Assembly (NCBI GenBank): GCA_052426225.1
Contig: JBNJNM010000007.1
Location: 434,001 to 498,000, forward strand
DNA: 64,000 nucleotides
Reading direction: 5' to 3'
DNA from: Zancudomyces culisetae HAW-14-8
Taxonomy: Eukaryota > Fungi > Kickxellomycota
Under the pieces are notes generated by a model. That model was not told where the DNA came from. It was given only the letters and a program-made list of their open reading frames with translations, and did not search any database. The translations under genes were made by a program, and so were the position numbers. Below, piece after piece: positions 37,914 to 50,616 of this stretch. The first letter of the stretch is position 1. Every line of letters begins with the position of its first letter.

Positions 37914-38579
37914 ATTATCCCATTCTCTTTTTCATTTTTCCTTTTTTATTGCTAAAACTATTATTACTTTGTAAATTTTATACTCAAACCTATTAAATCA
38001 ACAAACATTTATACTAAAACATCCTTGAATTTATTCTTGAATTCTCAAGATTAAAAGGAAAGATACAGAAACACTAAAACACTAAAACACTAAAAAATAT
38101 ATATTTCTTGGTGTTTTGATCCAATTTTTAAAGACTTGGGATCTTTTGCTCTTGAATAATATTTTTTTTTTCCTTGTTGATTCAATTCAGTTTAGTTTTG
38201 TTGTGTTTTTTTTTCTTTCTTTGTTATTCTTTGGGATGTACAAAAAAACTTGTTCTTTGGTTCTTCAAAGCTAGGCAAAATATACAAGTAATCACCATTT
38301 TCTGTGTATTAATGTATTTGCATCTCGTCCCAGCTTAGTCGCGTCCTTTTCTTCTCTTTTCTTTTCTTTCTTTTTTTTCAAATCTCGCCAAATGGCCAAC
38401 CAAATCAATCAAAAATAAACCATCGCATTTTTCGTTTTTTCGTTTTTGATTTCAATCCAACCTAACTCTTCAGGAAAATATGCTGATGTAAGGTGGGAGT
38501 GGAACAAAAAATAAAAAGCTTATAAATAATATTCCAGGTTAATTACTAAACCTTTTTCACCAACTACATGTATATTCCA

Positions 38580-38620
38580 ACAAACACAAACACAAACACA
38601 AACACAAACATAAACATACA
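38580..38620. repeat. (CAAACA)n hexamer microsatellite
   Basis: acaaacacaaacacaaacacaaacacaaacataaacataca. Confidence 0.85.
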
Positions 38621-38809
38621 AGCATTTCAATACTCTTATAGGGTTAAAACTCGATTCCAATATCATTTTTATATTGTTTCTACTTGTTTATTTTGATTCT
38701 ATGTACATTTATGACGACAAAGAAACAAGAATACGAAAAACAGAATAAATTAAAAAAAAACTGGTTAGAAAAAGTGAAACTCGAAAAATAATAACAAATC
38801 CAATCGAAT

Positions 38810-40028
38810 ATGGCAAGCACATCGGCACTAGGTACGTAAATTGTTTATACTCGACTTTGTGCTATTTTACGTTGCTTTATCATAGCTAAGAGGTCTTTTA
38901 TAACTGTTGTGTACATATAAACTAATCAACCTCTTTTCTTTACTTTTAATTACTTTGCTTTGCTTTATATAAATAGACAAACAAAAAAACAAGGAAAATG
39001 TGACAATCCAACCAAAAAATGAAAACGATTCTTTTCCCAAATTCAACATTCCTCCATCACCAACACATAGCCACGCAGCTGTATATTTTTTAGATTCAAA
39101 GAATGGCAATAATACTATGGCAGTAAGCTTTCTCTTTTTTATCTTGTTCATTTTTTATTTGTATTTGATGTTTATCCCAATAGCTGTTTTTCAACTCCCC
39201 CCCCCCCCTTTTTCTTCGTTTAATCATGTTTGTTTGCCATGTTTAAATCCTGCAATTATACTTGTACCAATTTAGGAATATAGCAAAACTAGTAAACAGC
39301 CATTCAAAATCAACGTTCAAAACAAAACACTCAAAAAGACCAACTACTCAAACAGTCTGGTCTATGTAAACAACCTAGGTACATTCGACCGCGATATACA
39401 AGACCAAGAGAAATTTATTTCAACCAGTGATCCAACTAGCAAGCGCAGCACATTTATCGGAAAACTAACAAATCTCATCCCACTGCCAAACATTAGTGGA
39501 AAATACTCGCCATTCCGTGTTCCGCCAGTAAGCTCACGACTACCAAAACTGTATAGAAACCGCGCGACTATAATAACGCTGCTTTCGTTGCTTCTGCTGT
39601 CGCTTGTAGCTGTAGTTATTTACTTGAGCATTGCTGATGCCAATGGTGCGTGTTTTGGCAGTTGCGGTGATCTGGGTAGCAGTGGTTTGTATCTAAATGG
39701 GTTTGGATCCGCTATCCCTATAAATGAAAATGGCGGTGGTGATAGTGAGGACGATTTATCTTGTAACAACCAAAAGTCTTCGGATATCTTTTATGTGAGG
39801 TTGAATTCAGCCCAGTTCCTCGGTGTAGACAAATCTGCACCCCCGGCTAGCGCTCCGGTTTGTGGTAAATGTATGCTTGTGGCCGGTCCTGATGGCTACG
39901 TAAAGGCGAAAATTGTTGGTAGCTGCTCAAAGTGTTCGTATGGCGGAATTGCACTGAGTCCACTGGCACTTTCTAAAATCAACAAGGCTAATTTACCCAG
40001 TGTTCCTGTATCTTGGGGATCTTGCTGA
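38810..40028 (+). CDS. Single-pass membrane protein with C-terminal RlpA-like double-psi beta-barrel (expansin/loosenin-like) domain, 3 exons
   Basis: Exons 38810-38831, 38977-39122, 39276-40028 splice in frame. TM segment IITLLSLLLLSLVAVVIYLSI; DPBB pattern YVRLNSAQF...CGKCMLV...VKAKIVGSCSKC..GGIALSP...VSW. Confidence 0.75.
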
Positions 40029-40913
40029 AGAAACAAAGATGAATAGAATAACAAACAATTCCAGTGGACTTATCTAGTTTTTTTTTTTCAATTCACCTTT
40101 CTTTTTTCTTTTTTTCTTCTTTTATTATCTATTTTACTTTTTTCTTTGCTCATATCATTAGATTTCAATATATTCATATTTTTTAAACCACTTTTTTGTT
40201 TAAAGATGATGTTGTCATTACCAACTCAACTGCACATTTGCGTATATCACTTGACTTTGCTGACAAGGAAAAAAATCATGCTGGAAGCAGCGCAAATCTT
40301 TGCATGTATTTGCTTTTTGGTGATTCCTTAGCCAACCAATTCTTATTAAACTATTTCTTGTATTATTCTTTCATTGCTAAAAAAAAAAAAAAAATTAATA
40401 CTAATTATCGCAAATACACGTAATTGAGGTCTATTTTCTTGCGTTTTCGGACGGACCTTGTGCTCTGTTTGTTTATTCGTTTATTTTTCCTTTTTCTGTT
40501 TTTGTTGTTCCAATTTCAAATCTCAGAGCACTGGGCAACACGGTTACGCCACGAAATATTAATGTTAATTCCTAAACAAAGTACTGCTTCGGGTGCACGG
40601 AGATGGCATTATCCCAAAACCAAAATTTTTTTATTGCCAATCTATTGCTCAGTTTCAGAACCCCCCACCCACCCACTTTCCCACAATTTAAAAAAGGAGA
40701 GAAAAAGACCATTGACTTGTTTGAGCATAGAACCTTCTCTAGTCGATATAATATCATTCTCTGGACTTTAATATATAAAACTGGTCTTTATAACCGACAA
40801 CGACAAATAAAAATAATAGTGTTATTACCATACAAAAACTACCTTTGTACCAATAAAAGAAAAATAAAACGAAAAACTGCAACAAATTAGAACAAAAAAA
40901 AGCAAAGCACATT

Positions 40914-42775
40914 ATGTTTTCGACAGTGACAAGAGCTCAGCCAAAGTTCGTATGTGCCAAAATGGCGACCAGGATTACCGGTTCACTTTTCGGTAGTGTA
41001 TACGTGACAGTAAGACTAGCTAATCCTTATTTGACCTGATATTTCGTTACATTCCGCTTTAGCTTAAGCATAATGATAAATTTCGCATTTTTTTAAAAAA
41101 AATATACCAATCGCCAAAATCTTTCTCCAAAAAATTCATCTATAGGGTCTTCAGAAATTCAAAAACACATTTGCAACCAAATCTTTTGGTGATGCGCCAA
41201 GAACCGACAAACTAACACTTGCCACAGCATCAGGCACAATGAGCATGTACAGTGTTATGGATGCAAACGGAGTCATCAATAACAAGGAAAATGAACCAAC
41301 TGTTAGCAAGGAAGATGCCGTTTCAATGTACAAAAACATGCTCGCCATAAACCATTTGGACCAGGTGTTGTATGAAGCACAGCGACAAGGCAGAATAAGC
41401 TTTTACATGACCTCCCATGGCGAAGAAGCCCTTGTTTCCACAGCACTAGCACTCGATCCTAATGACTATGTATATACTCAGGTAACGTATTTTAACTTTT
41501 ATTTTGAATATCTTTTTCAAAGCTAAAAAAAAAGCACCGTTCACTTTAAGTTTATTCTTGAATCAACATATCTGCTATTCTACAAAACATATATAGTACC
41601 GAGAACTTGGAGTATTTTTACAAAGAGGATATACAATAGACGATGTGATGAACCAGTGTTTTAGTAACAAGTATGACCCCGCAAAGGGCAGACAAATGCC
41701 TGTTCACTATGGTTCAAAAAAGCTGAAGCTGATGACCGTTTCATCACCACTGGCTACACAGATTCCACAAGCTGCAGGAACAGGATACGCTCTAAAACGC
41801 GAGGGAAATGGAAATGTAGTAATGTGCTACTTCGGTGATGGTGCCGCTAGTGAGGGAGACTTCCATGCCGCCTTGAACATGGCTGCCACTCTTAGCTGCC
41901 CAACCATATTCTTTTGGTAATTCATCCTATTATAACTCTATTTCTTCTTAAACTCACTTATTTCTGTCATATTTTATTTCTTATTAATAAGTGGGATTGT
42001 GAACATGTGAAAATAGCCGAAATAATGGATATGCCATCTCAACTCCATCAACAGAACAGTACAAGGGAGATGGTATTGTAAGTAGGGGAGCTGGTTATGG
42101 TATTGCATCGATTAGAGTAGACGGAAATGACCTTTGGGGTAAGCCTCTTTTTATTCTCACATCTGTATTTATGCTTGGGACATAATACTCACGATTCTGT
42201 AATATTAGGCGTTGTACAATGCTACAAAAGCAGCCAGGGACTATGCATCCACCCAAAACAAACCTGTATTGATTGAAGCCATGACATATCGGTAATTTAT
42301 TTTTGTGCCACTTTTCTAAACCATATAATTAGATATAATACATTTGTTATTGAAATTCATATCACTAAATCTAACCGGGATAACTTGAATTTACAATCCT
42401 ATTTTTTTTTCACCTTCGAAACGATATAGGGTTGGACATCACAGTACTTCAGATGATTCGACTTCTTACAGACCTAAAAAGGAAGCGGAAGATTGGACCC
42501 GGAAGGATAACCCAATTACACGATATAGAAGATGGCTCGAAGACAAAGGTTGGTGGAATAACGAGTTGGACAACCAGGAAAGAGTAGCTTTAAGAAGAGC
42601 AGTTCTTGAATCGTTGAGTAGAGCTGAAAAATGCAAAAAACCCAACATTAATTATATGTTTACTGATGTGTATGATGAGCTAACACAAAATCTCAAAGAA
42701 GAGATAGCTGAAATGCAACAGCTGGTGAATAAGTACCCAGACTATTATAAAATTAATGAACATAGTCGCGAATAG
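40914..42775 (+). CDS. BCKDHA: Branched-chain 2-oxoacid dehydrogenase E1 alpha subunit, 6 exons
   Basis: [66 protein letters not shown]. Intron 4 (about 42138-42209) is off by one nt from canonical (see findings). Confidence 0.95.
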
Positions 42776-43289
42776 TAGTTTACTTTGCAACCACTGTGTT
42801 TAGCTTGATAAAACCCCTGTTTATCTATTTTTGACAATTGCTAAACGTGTTTTTTTTATTATTTGTGTTTAGTTGACCAAATAAACATTTATTGGATCTT
42901 AAATGACAGAATAATATTACAACGTATTCTCTACCATGACAGGGGAATGGTAGTAACAATCCCAAAAAAAAATATTGTGAAATATCGTATCCTTGGATGA
43001 TTTGCAAGACATTGATGTTCTTTTGGAAAAGTAAACCATGTCAAAAGAGAATAAAATGAAATAAAAAAAACTAGAATGACTACCAATGTAACCAATGCGA
43101 TTGCAGATGTGCGGTTAGTATGAATGTCAGAAACTGATGTGGTCGTATTTGTATTGATATAAAAGTATTTATAAACTGGTTATAGCTGACTATATCATTA
43201 TTACATGTTATATTTATATCAAAAAAAGGGAAAACGTTAATAAACTGACTAAAAACACAACAAGCCACTCAAACCTATCTTTTTCCAAA

Positions 43290-44257
43290 ATGAAAAAAGC
43301 CAGCAATACCAGTAGTAGTAGTAGTAGTGGTAATGATAATGGTAATGGTAATGGTAGCGATAATGAAAGATCTTATACTTTGTTTGATATGAATCATCAG
43401 GAAGAGAGCCGTGGAAGATCAAAAACCCACCCGGAATCCATTACTACAACTCAACAACAGCTTCAGAAGGGTGGAGGATATGGTTTCCACGAAAGTTTTA
43501 ATAGTGGAAGTAGCTTCAACATCAGTCCTACTCCTAAAGCTAGCGCTATCACTAACACTAACACTACCACTAACACTAACACTAGTACTACCACTACTAC
43601 AAGCAACATTGAAACAGGAAACACTGACTTTGATAAAAATTTTGATGGAATCGGGCGAACAGGTAGTAATGGTGGTGAGACAGGTTCATGGGGCTTAAAC
43701 GAGTTTATTGAGAATGCATGCTTGGAACAAGATCAGAAAAGAAAGGAGCTGCAAGTTCAGTTTATAGGTAAAAAAATAAATAAATAAAGTACAGACAAAA
43801 AAAAAGAAAAGAGAGCTAACTGCTGCACTTTTCCATCCCCCCCCCCCCGCCCCTGTTCTTATTGTTGTATTTTGTTTAATACTTACTGTTATGATTATAC
43901 ACTTTATTTAATATTTAAAGATTGGGACAAAAGAGTTAATACAGTCATGAAAAAGATAGTCGATGTCATTGACGCCAGGCTTCTTTCCCAAAGCGAACTT
44001 TTGTGTCAAATCACTGATGAACATATAACCAAAATTAAGAAAATCGAAAGCGATTATGGTAAGGCTAATATAGCGTGGTGAAAAGTTTGGTGAGAATACA
44101 TAAAATGATGGTACGGGGTTAGCATACCATGGGAGAATAATCCTTTTACAAATGATATGAAATAGAAATAATGGTTTCAAAGCTGACCAGTTTTTTGAAA
44201 ATCCTTCAGGATGCCCAAAAAAATGTCTTTTCACTGGCAGGAAATAGCAAACAATGA
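43290..44257 (+). CDS. Uncharacterised protein: S/T/N/G-rich disordered N-terminus plus ~90-aa coiled coil (possible SYCE2-like), 3 exons
   Basis: Exons 43290-43767, 43921-44058, 44166-44257 are GT-AG and in frame, ending EIMVSKLTSFLKILQDAQKNVFSLAGNSKQ*. Function is inference only. Confidence 0.65.
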
Positions 44258-44506
44258 TGTTCTTTTGGTTCAAGAAATATGATTATTTCTTTCTACATTC
44301 TGAAAAGCCCCCCCCCCCCTACCTACTCAAATGCAGAACAACATTATCTAGCATCCATCCAGTTTCATAGGGATGTGTATATCATTATATATATATAATT
44401 TATTATTTTTTTATTTCGCTGGTAAACTTTTTTCTTTATCATGATTTCGGGGTGGAAGTTGAATAAAAGGTTTAATTCTACTAGACATAGCAATTAAAGC
44501 CAAAAT

Positions 44507-47500
44507 CTATTCAAACGTTACATCAGTATCATAATATACATGTATACTAAAGTTAGCACTAAGCTCTGATGACCATGTAGAGGGAACTAGATAGTATCCT
44601 GTTGGATGAGGTTTTACTAGTGTTTTCTTGATCAGTGCACCCTAATTTAAATTATTTTACATTGGTAGTGAGTATTCTCTTTGTAATATAAATGATGCAC
44701 AACTAAACAATACTAATAATAAAAATAATAACAATGTTAATAATGCTAACCACCAACCGGCAGTGATATAAATTATCTAACTCATGTAAACTCCAATACA
44801 AAGATCTAGAGTGCCAAAAATATACGTTACCTGTGGTGAATTCGTGTAAGGTCCTGATGATAACACCAACTCGTCTTTGCCATCGTTCCGAAACATTGAC
44901 AGGTTGATATATGGAAGGTTAATAGACTCGCTTTTTTTTGCAATCTTTGAACGATTGTTGCACTGTAGCCGAGCAATTATGTATGTGGGAAACTCAAAGT
45001 TAAGCCCGAATCTCGGATTCGAAAAATACTTGGGATTTGAAATTGGTCCAAACGAATTTACGTCTGGAATCCTATTTTAAGATCGCGGAATAAAGTATTA
45101 GAAAATAGTTAAACTACTTGAAAAGTAGTAAAATGCACGTGAAACTCACCAACTTCCGCTCAAGATTTTGTGTCTCATTCCCTAATCGGTTACAAATAAC
45201 AAAATTTTAGGACTTGGCGTTTAGCCACATATACAGTAACCTCAGCTATATTAAACATAACTAGCATCGATATAATGCAAAGTGTGCCACACTTACTGCT
45301 CCCTCTCTGGGTATACTGGATATCTGGAAATCACGGTTTAACCTCACAGTCAAGGTAAATGGGCCAAACAGAAATGGCTCATAAGTGGAAACCAGAACTG
45401 TATAAGCATTATCTATTATTTAGTGGCCGAATACGCTTAATACCATTTCAAACTAACATGTTCTTGATCATTTAAAGAGTTCATTTCCAATAAAACCATT
45501 TGTACATCAATATCAAAAGGAAATGATCACGTCGAATAATATTAGAAATTACCTTTCAAATTATTCAAATGCACTGATGTAAATTTCTGTTTGTAGGTCT
45601 CAGATTGAGCGACAATATTTACAGATGATATACTAATCGATTTACATTATCAAAGTTGGGGATACTGTATGTATATTCAATGTTTTAACACTGACATGTG
45701 ATTATATACACCAATATAAGATAAATAGAGTAATTACATTGAAACCAAATGGCCAGATCGAAATACCCTAATGTGGACTGGGTAGCTATAAGACGACTCC
45801 AACAAAACTATTCCGTTGATAGATTCATCAGTATCACCGTTTTCAATCGTTAACTTGAACTGTGGATTGTTTAAATAATCGCTCGATTGTGGATTACCAC
45901 CTAATAGATTAGCGTATACAAATGTAGCAGGTTTTTCTTTTTTTAATAAAAAGAGTATATCATGTTAGTCAAGGATAAAACTCATGAAAGGGGAATGCAT
46001 AAGTGAAAGGAAAAATAAATAAAAGTACCTGACAAGTTATTGACCCATTGAGACTTTATAGTTTTCGAAAAGGGGAAATCTTCCAGCTTGTGTAATTTAA
46101 TGTAGCTGTCTGAATATGCTCGTAGACTGAAATTTAACTTTTTGGTTTTCAATTTTTGGGAAACCACAAGGTTGTATAGTTTTTTTTGATCCGCCGATTT
46201 ACCATTAGATGAGTTTTTGGCTTGAAGAGATTGGCTTCCAGTGTTTTTAGGTGAAACAACCACAGTGTCTGCGAGATTTGACTCTAGTCGCACCAGTAGA
46301 AGCTGGGTGTTTACATATTCGCCGATTCTAACTGCGCTGGAATTTCTATCCTCTTCATTGCTAATGCTAAAATTATCCAACAACCGGTACGCTGGGTCGG
46401 TTAATACATGCTGTTGCGTCCTATCAAGTTCTTTAAAGTTTTTTGTAGCCTCTGTATCATAGACATGCAATGCAATGTAATCTGAGGACATCTCTTCAGT
46501 CTCAACTATATCCCTGCTCAATAACAACCAAATTTTCGAATTTCTAACGGTTTCCAAAACGAATTGTGGATTTTGAGAAATATCGTAATAGTCGGACTCT
46601 GGACCATGCTCTTTTGGCCACGTACTATAAAATACCACCACAAAAACATATCGTCAATGCTGGTTATATAGTCGGTATTACACATAGTACTATGGTACTT
46701 ACAAATATATTACGTCAGTATGCCGAAATATTGAAGGATTCCAGTTTATGTGAAAAGTTTCAAAGTTCTCGCATACTGATTCATAATCCATCCAAAAAAG
46801 CCCGCGGTCGCTTTTCCGTTCCTTTTCTGGATCATACCCCAATTTATGCTTCAGGTTTTCAGTCCACACAGTATTGTCATAAAAACTATATTTTCCTTTC
46901 CAGCTTCCTTGGCCCCATGGATTTTTAATAAAGAGTAGCCTTGTTCCGTTTTCTAACTCCACTGTTTTTAATACAGCATACGCGTGTGAAGGAACAAGCC
47001 CCGACTCTATTTGTTTTCCTTTGGTCAGCTCTCCCGTAGCTATAGTTACTACAGCATCACCATTGTTCAGACCATAGTGAATTCTTGCCCAATTCTCGGT
47101 CTTTTTAACTTGCAGCCTAGTTTGTTGAATATATTACTGTCTATTAGCGTTTCCTTCTTTTTTTCACACCCAAAACAATGTTTGAGATGAAAAGCTCAAC
47201 GACCAAACCAAAACATAAAGTCACCCCTAAAACCATTTCTGAATACAATATGAAAGTCCTACTCGCTGATAAAAACCTGTTCGGGTATCCATGATGTCAA
47301 GTTGCTATGTTTCAAACAAAATACGTTATTATACTGAATGTCATAACATTCTTTACAAACCCGATGATAAAATAACCAATTATATTTATATTTTATCATT
47401 CAGTTGACGTACTGCAAGTCAATGGTTGAGTTAGATCCTGGAAATCCATATCCTCCCATAACTTTCAAAAACTATTTATTATTTACAAAACTTATTTAGA

Positions 47501-49886
47501 AAACAACACCTTTTATATATATATTGAACCCATATGTTGAAATAATACTGATCGTATAAATGCTGGCAGTGTCAAACTTGGGTGTATAACTTACAGCTTT
47601 TTCTAGCAGCGGGATCCACAGAATGTTTTCTGTTGAAAACGTGCACATTAATGTCCCATCGGCTGCTATCGGAAAAAGATCGTCGATTTCTAAGAGTTGG
47701 TAGTTTTCCAGTATTAAGGATTGATGTGATTTGAGTAAATAGTGATATATGGATTCCAACAGAATTAACTTTTAGAGTGGTGGACTATCTACACGTTCGA
47801 ACTACAACTTACCTACCTATTTTACATCATAATCAACAATATTCTGTAAGAATAGCTTTAATACACCAGTATACCATCAAGCATCATATGCTTGTAAAAG
47901 TAAATACATCTTTTTCTTTGAAAAAAAATATTTTTAAACAAAGAAAAAAATAGCACAACTATGGTGGTTACTTGTGTTTTTAGAAAAAACATAACTTGCA
48001 AAAAAAATGATATTTCATGTTCTTACTTTTCTCCAAAACCCATTGATAAATAACTTGGCTACGTACTTTCCGCTCCTACTGAGTATTGGCTCCTCATCAT
48101 CATCTTGGGGAAATAACAAGTTTCTAACTATCTGTTTTTTTTTTATACAGTGTCAGTTTACAAGCCTTCGATTAGTATCACTAAATGCAACACATGTTTT
48201 CAAGTAATAGCAAAATGGACTTGCCTTTTTCCCAAACATTGTCTCGTAATTTGCACAGACACATAGTGATGCTACAAACGAACAGTCCGTTACTACTTTT
48301 TGTATTATACTCTCACAGTCAACTACCTGCGGTGTAGTACAGACACCACTATAATATTTGCTCAGTCTCTTCCATTGTTTGCATTTTTCTTGCTGATATA
48401 TTGAAAGCTTCACTTTTCCATTGGGATCGCTAAACATGCAGAAGATGTTATGGTTTAATTTTACCGATATAAAACTCCATTTATATTTTTTATTGCATGG
48501 ACCGTTTATTGATACAAATAATCTCGCCAATATACAATCATAGTGTAATTAACGTACTTGTAAAGTGTCTGAGTTTTAGTTTCCACAATTCTATCGTTAT
48601 CCGTCCAGGGTAGAAAAACTAACCCATTAACCACTGAAGACTCTTTAATTACTCTTATCTCCTCTTTGGTAATTTTACTATTTGGAGGTACTGCATTCTC
48701 TTTTTTATTTACTGCCTTGGCTTCTTCTTTTGAGGTTGGTTCTATAATGCACTCTATTGATACAATATCCATTGTCCATTTAACGCAAAAACCCAATACT
48801 TTGATTAAGTATGCCAAGTTTATGTGTAGTTGTAGAATGAGATAAATAAAGGTAAAGGATGGTCTACAAGTAGGCTAACAATAACAAAGTTGACTAGTAC
48901 CATTACCCGCCCTGCTTTTAAGTGATTCTGCTTTTTGTAATACCTTCAGCATCAATTTTTTCGCCTGTTTTGTGCTGTTCGCTTGGTTTTCAGCTACAAT
49001 TGTTATATTAGTTTCAAAATATATTACTGAACACAAATACCTGTATTTAATATAATATCTATTAACACAGAGTTGAGTTTAACCACATGCCCAATAATAA
49101 GAACCACCATGACACAAATAAACGCAAATAGTACCTAATGATATGCCCTGTAAATACAGTTCCAGTGCATCAAGACTTTGAATGTATAATTCCAGTGCTT
49201 CATCGACACTGTTTTGTGCACTGAGTGCATCTGCCATACTTATTATCTTGTTTCCCCTAATAAACAGCGCATCTAACTCCTGTGTGCTCAACTCGTTTAT
49301 CAAGAGGGTTTTTTTCTTTTCGTAGTTACATTTCTTGTCTAGTAACGAATTCTTTATTCTTTCCTTCTCTTCTACTACATTTAGTGATATTATTTGTTTA
49401 GAACATTCTTTTTTTCGTTTTTAAGGAAAGTGAGGAGGTTCAGATCGGAAACAGAAAGCAGCGGCAGTTGAAACAATAATTAAAAAAACGAATCAAGTGT
49501 CAAAAAAACAAATTTCACTTCCCACTACTGCTCTCCGCTCTCCACTCTCAAACGCCAGCGCACTACTAAAAACAACAACTTATTATGCGAGTGCTGTATT
49601 CCAACAAGTTGGCATCCCCCATATTAAAAAACTGTAACTATGAAATACCACTGTAGCCATATCCGCAGACTTACATTTATATATTTTCTGAATTATCTAC
49701 AAATGTATAAAACGCAAGGTTAAATTTATAGGCTCTAATAAACTGCTGCTGTATCACATTTTTTACCTTGTCTACTTGGGCATATCCTAGTATAGCATCA
49801 ACATTATGGTTGGAATTCTGCAGAGTTTCCGTTTTTTCTACCACAGTTTTTAAGCTTTTGTATAGCGATAGTAACTCTGAGCTCAT
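44507..49886 (-). CDS. palB: Calpain-7/PalB/Rim13-type cysteine protease with two N-terminal MIT-like regions, about 19 exons
   Basis: Catalytic triad QKVVTDCSFVASL (Cys), GLVPSHAYAV (His), IKNPW (Asn); C2-like domains with NPQF/NPRF. Model includes a GC-AG intron (48224-48132) and a 4-nt exon (47816-47813). The 5' exons are less certain. Confidence 0.9.
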
Positions 49887-50616
49887 TTTATAATTCAACT
49901 AGCTTTATTCCCGCCTTCTTAATCTTATTCGCGAAGGTGGAAGGAATGGAACGGAATGGAAGGGTAAAATTATGAGGTTGACGATCCGAAAATCCTGAAA
50001 ATCCTGAAAATCCTGGAAATAATTACAAAAAAGGGTGCCCGGAATGACCTTTGCCTTTTTTTCGTTCTGGCTTTAATATATGTAGAAATATTGTATAGTG
50101 TGTATGTAGTATTATATATTGATTTATTAGGAATTTCCAGAAATCGAATTCCAAAGAAACAGCATGCTAAGTTTATTCCTTTAAACTCCGAGTTTTTTTT
50201 TGATAGAATCAACAATTTGTGGTTGTTGCAAAAGTTGAAATGGCGCCCAAGTTGTATTGGGTTTATGGATTAGTGGTTTAATTATGTTCAAAAGGGCAAA
50301 TAATAGTCACGATTACGTAAATCAGGAGTATTCAAACGAAATATGGTCAAAACGCAAGCCAAACCACTGAGGTGTTGGTTTAGATGAGCAAAAGGAAAGT
50401 GATTTAATATCTTGCTTTGAGTGGGGATAATTGTACATGGTACACTGATACCGCTAATCTTGTACAGAAAAAAGACAAATAAATACATGCTCATCAAAAG
50501 TCACGGTTCAAAGCTAAAGGGCCTCAAAAATTGAGCTTTCCTTTTTATTATTGCTATTTGTAACAAAAACGAGCATCAAATTATTATAAAAAAAATACAA
50601 AAGTGAAGGTAGATGC

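Noticed and set aside
25436-40604. Shared 12-mer GTGCACGGAGAT at 25436-25447 (minus) and 40593-40604 (plus), both in promoters
   Set aside because: A single 12-mer match is expected by chance in a window this size.
49408-49430. U12-type branch-like TTCCTTAA in a calpain intron (minus strand)
   Set aside because: No RTATCCTT donor; the intron has a U2-type GTAAGT donor, and using the nearby AG creates a stop.
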